Source: a virus (taxonomy: Duplodnaviria > Caudoviricetes). From it: a stretch of 32,669 nucleotides of DNA. The notes beneath the pieces were generated by a model. The model did not search any database. It was not told where the DNA came from and saw only the letters and a list, made by a program, of their open reading frames with translations. Positions 1-9,921 of this stretch are shown piece by piece. Position numbers and translations under genes: made by a program. Every line of letters starts with the position of its first letter. The stretch's first letter is position 1. The stretch spans positions 1 to 32,669 of the IMG/VR virus record IMGVR_UViG_3300027769_000091, one strand, 5' to 3'.

Positions 1-3000
1 GCGGCTACCTCCGAAGACGTGACCAAGGCCGAGGCTTTTGAAGACTCTTACGGCATCCTGCCCTACACGTCCGCCGGCCAGCTTACTGTCGACGCCAAAT
101 TCTCAATCAAGCAGAGCGGTGACTTCGGCACGCACCCGATACTCGGTATCCCGATCAACAAGAACGGCTCGGTGTCGCTCTACTTTCCCACCGACAACGC
201 CACCGCGCAGCTCGTACGCCGCGAGAAATTGCTGCGCGCATCAGACCCTTCCGCTACTCGGGTCTTCCTCACAAACGAATCCAGTGCTCCGAAGGTCGCT
301 GCAAACCCTGGCGATATCCAGCAGCCCATGGCCGGCGCGAACGTACTGGTCCAGGTAAACCCTGACCTCGTGCAGCTGCTCAAAGAGCACCCGGATGGCC
401 GTAAGGATTTCTTCATTCCGATCGCTGAAGGAGCTACCTTCAAAGCGAAGATGACAAAGCTATTCACGTTGAATGCGCCTAGAGACCAGGGGCTTCACTC
501 GGATCGCACTCTTGCTGAAATCAACGATGGCATCAGCGCGGCGGTTAATAGACTGCAGGCGGCCAGTACGCAAGCGCGTAAGGTGATTGTTTCGGCAGCA
601 CGCAAAGTTCTGCGAGCAGACCACAACGTAGGTACGTTGCTGGGTGAAAACGACAAACTCGCCAAGACTCGCACCGGCGACTACGGCATCGAGTACAACG
701 GTAAGCGTGTGTATTCGTTGGGCCTCGGCCTGGCCAGCGCGCAAAAGATCAACAACAAGCAGAAGCTCACGTCGTGCCCTCAGAGCGCGATCTGTGAAAG
801 CCTGTGCCTGGGAGAAACCTCTGGCCAGAATCTGTTGTACGGCGGCGTAGGCCAGTTCAGGTCTGGTCCGCGCCTGGCGCAGTACCTTAAAACTGAAGCC
901 ATGGTCGTCCACCCAGAAGAGTTTACCTCGGTTCTTTACGCAGAAATCGCGTCTTTCCGCTTGGCCATGATGAAGGAAGGCAAGCAGCCAACGGTGCGTT
1001 TGAACGTCACCAGCGACTTCGCGCCCAAGGTCTGGGAGCCACTGATCAAGGCGTTCCCTGATGTGATGTTCTACGACTACACCAAACTTGCCACGGACCC
1101 TATCGCTGAGAACCACCACCTGACCTACAGCTCCACCGGTGCGTCGCAAATAGTCGACGGCAAGCTGGTTGAGAACAAACTCAGCAACTGGCCGAAAATG
1201 GTACAGCGTCTGCGCGAAGGCAAGAACGTCGCCATGGCGTTCACCAGCAAAACCGACATGCCTGATTTCATCGTGGACGAAGCCACTGGCGAGCGGTTCC
1301 AAGTGTGGAACGGCGACAACTACGACGCACGCTTCTTGGATCCGAAACCTGGTGACCCGGCTAACAAATTAAACAAAGGCATGATCGTCGGTCTTACCAA
1401 CAAAGACCGTACCGGCGACGCGCAGACTGCTGCCGCACGTACCGACGGCTTCTTCATGGACTACGATCGCAAGCGCGACGGCGACACGCTGACTATCCGC
1501 GATCCTCGCACACTGGGGAGTGCTGCGTCGCGTCCGGTGAAAATACAGTTCAGCCGCAGCCAGAAAGAAACGTCCGGCGCCATCAAGGCCACCCCTGGCG
1601 TAGACATGGTGAGGATGGCTCGCCTGCTAGGTCCGCAGTTGTACGGAAACATGTCCGACATCGGGCTTGTAACCATTAAAGAAGTATTTCAGAACTCGTT
1701 TGACGCGCTGAAAGGGGCTATTCAAAAAGGCGACAAGACACGCGGCCTCATTGATGTGGAGGTGGACAGTTACGCCCGCACCATCACCATCACAGATGAC
1801 GGCACGGGCATGACGCCGGAGATTATCAACAAGGCGTTTCTCACCCTGGCGGGAACGTCGAAAGAAACCGACCGCGCTTCCGGTGGTCTCGGTATTGCTA
1901 AGATGCTGTTCCTGTTCGGCAACGAATCTTTGTCTCTGCGCACGGTACGCAACGGCGTGGAGAGCACGCTGTCTACTTCCGGTGCGGAACTGATGGCGTC
2001 GTTCTCGGACCCGGCTGTTGCTCCAAATATCCAGACTCGCCCCACCAGCGACCCCTCCGGGACTGCCGTCACGATCAAAATCCCGGAAACTTACACGGAC
2101 GAAAACGGGGAGGTTCAAAGTATAGACTTCCCTTACAAATGGAGTGCGGGGACTCTGCTGGAGTCCAGCCCACTGCTGGAGAACATAGAAGTTCGGTTGA
2201 ACGGAGAAACGCTTCCAATAGGAGCCAACTTCCCTGTGGATGACTACACCGTTCTGGCGAATGCCAAGTTCGCGTGGGGCAACATGCGCGTACTGGTGCG
2301 CCCCCGGAAGGCCAGCGAGTACGGCGAGAATATGACAGTGCTGTCAAACGGGCTGTATCAGTTTGGCGACACGCTGAAGAAAAACCCTCTTGATTTTTGG
2401 GGGCCAGCAGCGCCCTTCCAGTTTTACCTTAACATTGAGCCTACTGTCCCGGCGGACTCCCCACTGTACCCCATTGCACTTAACCGCAAGGGGTTTTCCA
2501 TGTCGGCAAAATCTGACTTTGAAGCACTGAAGAAGTACCTTAGTGTGCTGTACGCCAACAAAAACGACGCTGAAAGTGCGCAGTCTTTCGGGGAGCTAGA
2601 ACAGCTGTCCGAAGACGGCAAGACTTTCAAACGGATTAGCCTGGTCGTACCAGAGGCGGATCAGGGCAGCACGCTCGCGATAAACCCAGGGGACAAGGTA
2701 GAAGTCCGCGAAGGGCGCATGTACGTGAACAACCGGGAAATGCCGGAGATCACGAAAGAGTCGATGGCCGCACTGGTCAGAGACCCTGGAAAGTTTAAGA
2801 TCGACCCGGCTTTGATCGACCCGAGCCGCGTACTGGTTCACGACAATCTCACCCTTAGCGGGGTTCCCTTCAGAGAAGTGATGCGCGATTCTGTAGGCGA
2901 TGCCTTCGACGACTTTACGTTTGAGGTCGCGGACGTATTCAAGACGCTCCGGGACGCTACCGCAAAAGTCGGCGGTGCTAAATACTCGGACGTTTCAGAT

Positions 3001-6000
3001 GTTGCTGTTGGCGTCAGCTTTGACCTGGAGTATTACGGCGTCAACATCATGGTGCCGTTCCGGGCGATGATGATTAACCCGGCTTTCATTCGTGGAGAAG
3101 ATCCCGCCAAAGCAGCGCAGACCGTAGTTGGCACGATGATCCACGAGCTGGTTCACCACGCGGAGCGTAACCACAGTGAGACTGGATTTATTCCAGAGCT
3201 GCAGCGCATGTTCATGGAACTGTCCTTGTCGAGGGATTCAGAAGCTATTACCCGGCAGCTGCAGAATGTATTTAATAAATACCCGGATATAATGCGGGAA
3301 CTTAGGAGAATTCAAGACAATGAAAAAGAAAACCTCAAGCCCAAGGGCGTCCGACTCAAAGGTGACGCTGACACGACTGGTGTCGGCGGCATGGATGTCG
3401 GCCAAAAAGCCCGAGATGGTGCAAGCGCTGCTGCTAGGCTTTCTGCTCCCGGCGGAGCAAGAAGGGATGACAGCGACCTCCCCGGCATACGTCGAGCAGT
3501 TGAAGGCAGCGGTAGAAACCGCCCCTCTGGCGAAGAACGCAGAAGACCATCTTCGGCGGATGGCGGCTATGACCCAGGCCTAGCGTTCCGGGATCTGATC
3601 CCGCAGTTCAGCCGCGGCCAGAAAGACGTTCTCTCCAGAGAGCCAAAACTGGAAACCGCAGCTCAAGGAATCAAAGAAGGGACGGTAACCCGCGAACAAT
3701 ACGACGAGCTGGTCAACGCTCTAAAGCCGGTCACGCCGTATGAATCCGCTCCAAGTCCTGCCACAGAGGCGAAGATTCGGAGCGCGCTATCGGCTGACAA
3801 AGTTGACCGCATAGGCGCCCCCAGCAAAACACTCAAGGCCGGAGACCCTGTTGGCCTTCGACTGGATATCCCTGCATACGCCAACCACGGCGTGTGGGTA
3901 GTCTCCGTACACGAGCAGATCCCAGGCTTTGCTGCCGGCAAGTCCATCGGCTACGAAAGCGTGGCCTCGGTCACGAACCCCACTTTTGGCGTTGTTGAAA
4001 GCGCAGCGCTTAACATCGCTGCCGGGAAACCGAAAGCCACCATCGCGGTGATGAAAGGCGACTGGAAACCCGTAACTCCTAAGCAGGCCTCCGCAACTGC
4101 CAAACTGGCGCTCAAGTCCGACAACTGGATTCAGGTAGGCATGGACCCCACCAGGCATGCGTACTTTTACGACCGCGCCAGCATGGAGCCTGTTGTTTCA
4201 GCAGACGAAGCAATTCAGGTCGGGCCGCTCGTTCTTGCCAAGAACCCGGTGTACGGTAACAAAGAGGATTTTCGTTTTAGCCGCTCGCAAGGCGAAACGC
4301 CTAGCCAGCAACGCGGAATCAATGTTCGCAACGACGGCGATAACCTTTATGCCGATTTGATTGTGGATGGCGAGAAGACCATGGAGTCGCGTAACACCAA
4401 CAGCCTGCGTGCGTACGTTGGCCAGACCGTTGGAATTATTCGCACCGGCGAAGGACCGGCCAAGCTTATCGGCTCGGTCAAAATCGGAGAACCGATTGAA
4501 GTCGACGAACAGGAGTTCCGCGAGCTCGAGCCTGAGCACCTGGTGCCAGAGGGCTCAGCGTTTGACATCAAGCCCGGCAGCACAAAGTTTCTGTACCCAT
4601 TGACCGAAGCGCGGCGTTTTGATGAAGAGCGTGCCGTTGACTCGCGGGGTATCGTGGCGCGCAACGTGGCGTTCAGCCGCAGCCAGGAACCCACCGATAT
4701 CGAGCAGGCGCGGTTAAAGCGCTTCAGCCGTGCGTTCGGTGACGCCGTTCGCGAACGCGCCGGCCAACTCGCCGATTTGACCAACCGCCTCGCCGCAGAA
4801 GACAAGTACCTGGGCCTCGAAGTCGGAGACACGTTCCTCACGCAGAACCAGGATGGCGGGCGCTTCCGCCACCGCGTGCTGGCAAAGAGTGTGCTGCAAC
4901 GCAGGTCCGGCGAGTACGAGCTGAACGGAAAGAACTACACTCCTTCTCTGCGCGTGGAAACAATCGGGCCTGATGGCGAAGCGTCCACCGGCGACCTGAT
5001 CGTGGAGAAGTTGCGCGGCCGCGTCACTAAGATGGGCGGCCCTCGGTTCAGTCGCTCGCAGACCGACACGCCTGCGTTCAAGCGCTGGTTCGGTGATAGC
5101 AAGATTGTGGACGAGAACGGTGACCCAGTAATAATGGTTCACGCCTCCCCCCGCTCGGACATCTCTTCGTTCAAGCTTGGTGCAGATAACGGGGTCTGGT
5201 TTAGTCCATCCTTCGACACTTCTGAAGCTGATATAGTCGCGTCTGAAGGCCGAAAACTAATTTACAACCCTGATCCTAACAATTTTCCTGACGTTGCGGA
5301 AGGCATGACGTTTTACCCAGTTTATTTATCGATCAAGAACCCGGTACTTGACGACGATATGTTGACTGATTTTTATAACGGGGACATCACTGCAAGAGAA
5401 CTACTTGCCCAAGGTTTTGACGGCTTACTGTGGCCTGACGGTGTTGCGGTCGTTTTAAGTCCCACACAGATCACGTTCGCCATTGGCACCCCGGACGTCC
5501 GGTTCAGCCAGGCGCAGAAGTCCCCGCTCAAGCTTTACAGCGCGCTGGCCAAAGCCGTTGAGGCTGGCCCTGCTCGCGCGCCGAAGGACCAGTGGGCGAA
5601 CATCCTGCGCAAGCAGAAGTTCGTCACCGAAGAAGAGATCACCTGGACCGGTCTGGAAGACTGGCTCGAGATGCAGTCCGGGCAAGTGCCACGCGAAGCT
5701 GTTGCGGACTTCCTTGCGCAGAACGGTGTGCAGGTTGGTGAGGTCGTGTTGGGTGGGAGTACGCGGTACCCGCCGAACACTTTGATGCATCCGCAGTCTG
5801 GAGAGGTCGCCAGTGTTGAACAGTGGCGCGCGGACTTTGAAAGCATGGGCCGGGAAAACTGGTTTGGCCTACCCGAAGAAGAGACCGAAGATTTAGACTG
5901 GCAGATCAATTTGGTGGACGTTTCCGGCGATGAAATGTTCGGGTCTGAAACCCGCTTCGCACAGTACGTGCTGCCTGGTGGCCAGAACTACCGCGAGGTG

Positions 6001-9000
6001 CTGCTGACGCTGCCGACCGAGCAGCCGGACTTCAAGATCGACGACTTTATCGATGCTATGGCCGACAAGTACGGCCGTGAAAACATTTTTGATGAGTCGG
6101 GCAACATCGCCACCGTTAAAACCTCCTTCCCGAATATGCTGTCTGCAGAAGATCAGGCTGTGTATCGGAATATCCAACGCGAAAAGCCTAAGAAGTATCA
6201 GTCCTCCCACTGGGACGGCGTCCCCAACGTCTTGGCCCACGTCCGCATGAACGATCGCGTCGACGCCGATGGCGCGCGTGTGCTGTTCGTCGAAGAGCTG
6301 CAGTCGGACTGGGCGCAGGAAGGGCGGAAGATCGGTTTCGCTACAGGATCTTTGGCCGATGCCGAGATGGTAGCCACGATAAACAATTCCGCCAACGTGC
6401 CTTACTGGGAAATCAGTACAACCTCCGGTGATTTTGTCGCCAATGTGGTGGATGTCAGCACCAGAACGGGAACCCCAGAGCAAGCTATAACTGTTGCCAG
6501 AGAAATAGCGCGCCGCCGCGTGGACCGCCGGATACCAAAAGCGCCCTTCGTCCAATCCACCGACAGCTGGCTCCGCTTGGCGCTGAAGCGCGTCATCGCG
6601 ATGGCCGTCGAAGGCGGCTACGACAAGATCGCGTTCACCAACGGCCAGCAGAACGCAGAGCGGTACTCACTTGATAAAGAGCTGCGCGAGATCTCCTACG
6701 AGCCGGCCGGCGAAGGGCTTTATGAAATCAGCGCGACCAACCTTTCCGGCCGCGAAGTTATCAGCGAAGACGAAGTCACTTTGGACCGCATCGAAGAGCT
6801 GCTCGGAAAAGAGATCGCCGAAAAGATTTCGCGCGACGAAGGCGAACGCGAGGGGGGAGGCTACCGAGATTGGAGATACCTGCGGGGCCTTGACCTCAAG
6901 GTAGAAGCCAAAGGCATGCGCGCCTTCTACGACAACATCGTGCCGAAGACCCTGAATAAGCTGCTGCCGAAGATCGGTGGTGGGAAGGTGGAGCAGGTTA
7001 ATCTTGAATCCGACGAGGGCTCAAGCAAATACATCATCGACGCAGAGGACATCGGCGCCGACGAAGACTTTGAGCAAGAAGTCGTTATCCGTGATGAGAT
7101 GTCTTTGGAGGGGGTGGCTTCTTTCAACTCCATAGCTGAGGCTGACGCCTGGTTGGCTGATAACGACGTAGATGTCTCTGCGAAAATGCAGACCGGCTTC
7201 GCCGTCACCCGTGAGATGACCGACCAAGTGATGGACGCAGGTCTCCCACTCTTCAGCCGTCGTCAGAACATCTTCGGACAGCCAATGCCGGCGGGCACTT
7301 GGCAGGTTGGCGACAGTCGCATGGACGAGGTGATCTACTCCCTCCAAGACAAGCTGGTCGACACCAAGCGGGTGGTCGAAGCGATCGGCAATGTCGCCGA
7401 CAAGTTCGACGCCTACCTGCAAGAAACGCTCTACCACGGCAAGGTGTCTACCCGCACCACGGACTTCGCTGACAGCGAGCTGAAGCCCCTGATCGAAGCC
7501 ATGGGCAGGAACAAGGTCAAGATAGAAGACCTCGACGAGTACCTCCACAACCGCCACGCGGAAGAGCGCAACATCGCCATGGCGAAGCGCGACCCGAACC
7601 AGCGAGACGGGCTGTCCGGCATCACGACCGCTGACGCGAGGGCCTATTTGGCGGCCATCCCGTCTGCGCGCAGGGCACTCCTCGAAGGCCTGGCTCGCCG
7701 GGTGGACGCCATTACGGCCGGCACCCGCAACGCCCTGCTCAACGCCGGCTTGGAGTCGCAGGGGATGCTGGACGCTTGGGAGAACACTTACTCGGCGTAC
7801 GTTCCTCTCATGCGCGAAGAGCTGGACTACGATCCGGCCGGTGGCCCTGGCACTGGCGCCGGTTTCAACGTGCGCGGGGGCTCCTCTCGTCGCGCTGTGG
7901 GGTCGACCGACCGGAAGGTGGTAGACATCCTCGCCAACGTCGTGCTGCAGCGTGAGCGGGCGATCGTGAGGGCTGAGAAGAACCGGGTCAGCAAGGCGCT
8001 GTACGGCCTCGCGATCCAGAACCCTCTCCCGGAATTCTGGCTGCCGATCAACCTCGATGCGATGAAGGACCCGGCCGCTCTGCAGGCCGAGCTAATCGGG
8101 CTTGGGCTGTCCGTTGCTGACGCGCAGAACATCGCCCAGCAGCCCAAGGAGCGGGTCGTGGATCCGCGCACTGGCCTGACCACCGAACGGCCGAACCATC
8201 GCCTGCTAACATCTGCGAACGTGATCACCGCGAGGGTCAACGGGAAAGATCGGTTCTTGGTCCTGAACCCGCAAAACCCCCGCGCGGAGCGGATGGCGCT
8301 GGCGCTGAAGAACCTAGACGTGGATCATCTCGGCCGGGCGCTGGGCCTGATCGCGCAGGGCACCCGCTGGTTCGCCAGTGTGAATACCCAGTACAACCCG
8401 ATCTTCGGCGTGATCAACTTCCTGCGAGACGTGCAGGGCGGTCTGCTGAACCTGTCGTCCACCGAGCTCAAGGGTAAGCAGGGGGCGGTCTTGGCCGGCA
8501 CCGTGCCAGCCTTGCTTGGAATATCCGCAGGCCTCCGCACGCGCGGGGCCACCGGTCAGTGGGCGCAGCTCTGGCGTGAGTTCCAGGAGGTCGGCGGTCA
8601 GACCGGCTACCGTGACCAGTTCAGCCAGAGCGAAGAGCGCGCAAAAGCGCTTGAGAGCGAGCTCAAGGCCCTGTCCAATGGCACCGCCAAGAAGGCCGGC
8701 AAGGCTGTCGGGAAACTGCTGTCTGACTACAACACGACCATGGAGAACGCGGTCAGGCTTTCAGCCTACAAGGCCGGCCTGGACAAGGGCATGAGCAAGG
8801 AGCGTGCTGCAGCGCTGGCGAAGAACCTCACCGTTAACTTCAACAAGAAGGGCCAAGTCGCAACGCAGATGGGCGCCCTGTATGCGTTCTTCAATGCCAG
8901 CGTGCAGGGCACGGCCCGTCTGTTGCAGACCCTGTCCGGGCCTGCCGGAAAGAAGATCATCTACGGAGGGCTGCTGCTTGGCTCGGCTCAAGCGATGCTG

Positions 9001-9921
9001 ATGGCGATGGCGGGCTTCGACGAGGAAGAACCGCCGGAGTTCGTGCGAGAGCGGAACCTGATCATCCCGACCGGCGACGGCAAATACTTAACCCTACCCA
9101 TGCCGCTCGGTTTCAACGTGATCCCCAACTTCAGCCGGATCGTGACCGAGTGGGCGCTGTCGGGCTTTGAGCGCACCCCCCAGCGGGTGGCGCAGATCGC
9201 GACCTCGTTCTTCGAGATGTTCAACCCGATCGGCAGCGCAGGTCTGTCCGTTCAGACCTTGGCGCCGACGGTGGTGGATCCTCTGGTGGCGATAAGCGAG
9301 AACAGGGACTGGACTGGCACTCCGATCGCGCGTGAGGACTTCAACAGCCTTGACCCGACACCCGGCTACACCAGGGCGAAGGACACTGCGAGCGAGTTCA
9401 GCAAGGCGCTGGCTGAGTTCCTGAACCTGGCCAGCGGCGGCACCGAGTTTGCGCCAGGCGTGATCAGCCCGACTCCGGACCAGCTGGACTACCTGATCGG
9501 GCAAGTCACTGGCGGCATCGGGAGAGAGTACCTGAAGGCCGAGCAGACGGTGACCGCGTACTTGACCGGTGAGGAGCTGCCGACCTACAAGATCCCTCTC
9601 GTCGGCCGGTTCGGCGGCAACACCTCGGGAAGCTCTGCGGTGTCGTCACGTTTCTACGAATCGATCCGTCGGATGAACGTCCACAACAACGAGCTCGGCG
9701 GCCGACGGGAAGCAGGCAGGCCGGTGGGCGAGTACCTGCGCGAGAACCCGGAAGCGCGGCTGGCGCCCCAAGCCCTGCGAGCCTACCGGCAGGTGCAGGA
9801 TCTCCGCCGGCGGAAGCGAGAGATGCTGGAGCGCGATGCTTCAAAAGAGTCGATCCGCCGGATTGAGGCGCAGATCACTCAGCGGATGCAGCAGTTCAAC
9901 GATCGACTGGATCGTATGTGA
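1..9921 (+). CDS. Giant polyvalent phage protein (virion-associated/injected type), 5'-truncated; multiple enzymatic domains plus a C-terminal LPD38-like region
   Basis: Frame 1 is open from base 1, so the GTG at 19 is probably not the true start. Recognisable blocks: Gp88-like (CPQSAICESLC, RLNVTSD, FYDYTK, NGDNYDARFLD); GHKL ATPase (KEVFQNSFDA, DDGTGM, GGLGIAK, SGT); HELVH zincin motif at 3142-3156; ASCH (YADLIVDGEKTMESR); ART-PolyVal-like (TPAFKRWFGDSKIVDENGDP, PVYLSIKNP, GFDG); LPD38-like C-terminus (LPMPLGF, ENRDWTGTPI, PDQLDYLIGQVTGGIG). Confidence 0.85.
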   Translation, partial: AATSEDVTKAEAFEDSYGILPYTSAGQLTVDAKFSIKQSGDFGTHPILGIPINKNGSVSLYFPTDNATAQLVRREKLLRASDPSATRVFLTNESSAPKVAANPGDIQQPMAGANVLVQVNPDLVQLLKEHPDGRKDFFIPIAEGATFKAKMTKLFTLNAPRDQGLHSDRTLAEINDGISAAVNRLQAASTQARKVIVSAARKVLRADHNVGTLLGENDKLAKTRTGDYGIEYNGKRVYSLGLGLASAQKINNKQKLTSCPQSAICESLCLGETSGQNLLYGGVGQFRSGPRLAQYLKTEAMVVHPEEFTSVLYAEIASFRLAMMKEGKQPTVRLNVTSDFAPKVWEPLIKAFPDVMFYDYTKLATDPIAENHHLTYSSTGASQIVDGKLVENKLSNWPKMVQRLREGKNVAMAFTSKTDMPDFIVDEATGERFQVWNGDNYDARFLDPKPGDPANKLNKGMIVGLTNKDRTGDAQTAAARTDGFFMDYDRKRDGDTLTIRDPRTLGSAASRPVKIQFSRSQKETSGAIKATPGVDMVRMARLLGPQLYGNMSDIGLVTIKEVFQNSFDALKGAIQKGDKTRGLIDVEVDSYARTITITDDGTGMTPEIINKAFLTLAGTSKETDRASGGLGIAKMLFLFGNESLSLRTVRNGVESTLSTSGAELMASFSDPAVAPNIQTRPTSDPSGTAVTIKIPETYTDENGEVQSIDFPYKWSAGTLLESSPLLENIEVRLNGETLPIGANFPVDDYTVLANAKFAWGNMRVLVRPRKASEYGENMTVLSNGLYQFGDTLKKNPLDFWGPAAPFQFYLNIEPTVPADSPLYPIALNRKGFSMSAKSDFEALKKYLSVLYANKNDAESAQSFGELEQLSEDGKTFKRISLVVPEADQGSTLAINPGDKVEVREGRMYVNNREMPEITKESMAALVRDPGKFKIDPALIDPSRVLVHDNLTLSGVPFREVMRDSVGDAFDDFTFEVADVFKTLRDATAKVGGAKYSDVSDVAVGVSFDLEYYGVNIMVPFRAMMINPAFIRGEDPAKAAQTVVGTMIHELVHHAERNHSETGFIPELQRMFMELSLSRDSEAITRQLQNVFNKYPDIMRELRRIQDNEKENLKPKGVRLKGDADTTGVGGMDVGQKARDGASAAARLSAPGGARRDDSDLPGIRRAVEGSGRNRPSGEERRRPSSADGGYDPGLAFRDLIPQFSRGQKDVLSREPKLETAAQGIKEGTVTREQYDELVNALKPVTPYESAPSPATEAKIRSALSADKVDRIGAPSKTLKAGDPVGLRLDIPAYANHGVWVVSVHEQIPGFAAGKSIGYESVASVTNPTFGVVESAALNIAAGKPKATIAVMKGDWKPVTPKQASATAKLALKSDNWIQVGMDPTRHAYFYDRASMEPVVSADEAIQVGPLVLAKNPVYGNKEDFRFSRSQGETPSQQRGINVRNDGDNLYADLIVDGEKTMESRNTNSLRAYVGQTVGIIRTGEGPAKLIGSVKIGEPIEVDEQEFRELEPEHLVPEGSAFDIKPGSTKFLYPLTEARRFDEERAVDSRGIVARNVAFSRSQEPTDIEQARLKRFSRAFGDAVRERAGQLADLTNRLAAEDKYLGLEVGDTFLTQNQDGGRFRHRVLAKSVLQRRSGEYELNGKNYTPSLRVETIGPDGEASTGDLIVEKLRGRVTKMGGPRFSRSQTDTPAFKRWFGDSKIVDENGDPVIMVHASPRSDISSFKLGADNGVWFSPSFDTSEADIVASEGRKLIYNPDPNNFPDVAEGMTFYPVYLSIKNPVLDDDMLTDFYNGDITARELLAQGFDGLLWPDGVAVVLSPTQITFAIGTPDVRFSQAQKSPLKLYSALAKAVEAGPARAPKDQWANILRKQKFVTEEEITWTGLEDWLEMQSGQVPREAVADFLAQNGVQVGEVVLGGSTRYPPNTLMHPQSGEVASVEQWRADFESMGRENWFGLPEEETEDLDWQINLVDVSGDEMFGSETRFAQYVLPGGQNYREVLLTLPTEQPDFKIDDFIDAMADKYGRENIFDESGNIATVKTSFPNMLSAEDQAVYRNIQREKPKKYQSSHWDGVPNVLAHVRMNDRVDADGARVLFVEELQSDWAQEGRKIGFATGSLADAEMVATINNSANVPYWEISTTSGDFVANVVDVSTRTGTPEQAITVAREIARRRVDRRIPKAPFVQSTDSWLRLALKRVIAMAVEGGYDKIAFTNGQQNAERYSLDKELREISYEPAGEGLYEISATNLSGREVISEDEVTLDRIEELLGKEIAEKISRDEGEREGGGYRDWRYLRGLDLKVEAKGMRAFYDNIVPKTLNKLLPKIGGGKVEQVNLESDEGSSKYIIDAEDIGADEDFEQEVVIRDEMSLEGVASFNSIAEADAWLADNDVDVSAKMQTGFAVTREMTDQVMDAGLPLFSRRQNIFGQPMPAGTWQVGDSRMDEVIYSLQDKLVDTKRVVEAIGNVADKFDAYLQETLYHGKVSTRTTDFADSELKPLIEAMGRNKVKIEDLDEYLHNRHAEERNIAMAKRDPNQRDGLSGITTADARAYLAAIPSARRALLEGLARRVDAITAGTRNALLNAGLESQGMLDAWENTYSAYVPLMREELDYDPAGGPGTGAGFNVRGGSSRRAVGSTDRKVVDILANVVLQRERAIVRAEKNRVSKALYGLAIQNPLPEFWLPINLDAMKDPAALQAELIGLGLSVADAQNIAQQPKERVVDPRTGLTTERPNHRLLTSANVITARVNGKDRFLVLNPQNPRAERMALALKNLDVDHLGRALGLIAQGTRWFASVNTQYNPIFGVINFLRDVQGGLLNLSSTELKGKQGAVLAGTVPALLGISAGLRTRGATGQWAQLWREFQEVGGQTGYRDQFSQSEERAKALESELKALSNGTAKKAGKAVGKLLSDYNTTMENAVRLSAYKAGLDKGMSKERAAALAKNLTVNFNKKGQVATQMGALYAFFNASVQGTARLLQTLSGPAGKKIIYGGLLLGSAQAMLMAMAGFDEEEPPEFVRERNLIIPTGDGKYLTLPMPLGFNVIPNFSRIVTEWALSGFERTPQRVAQIATSFFEMFNPIGSAGLSVQTLAPTVVDPLVAISENRDWTGTPIAREDFNSLDPTPGYTRAKDTASEFSKALAEFLNLASGGTEFAPGVISPTPDQLDYLIGQVTGGIGREYLKAEQTVTAYLTGEELPTYKIPLVGRFGGNTSGSSAVSSRFYESIRRMNVHNNELGGRREAGRPVGEYLRENPEARLAPQALRAYRQVQDLRRRKREMLERDASKESIRRIEAQITQRMQQFNDRLDRM

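Noticed and set aside
4723-4737. FSRAF as an eighth linker motif
   Set aside because: It lacks the conserved Gln and lies only 17 codons after a true copy, so it is not at a domain boundary.
460-9844. Many long antisense or alternate-frame ORFs in the ORF track, here and under other large genes
   Set aside because: Expected shadows of GC-rich codon usage, with no SD or recognisable motifs.
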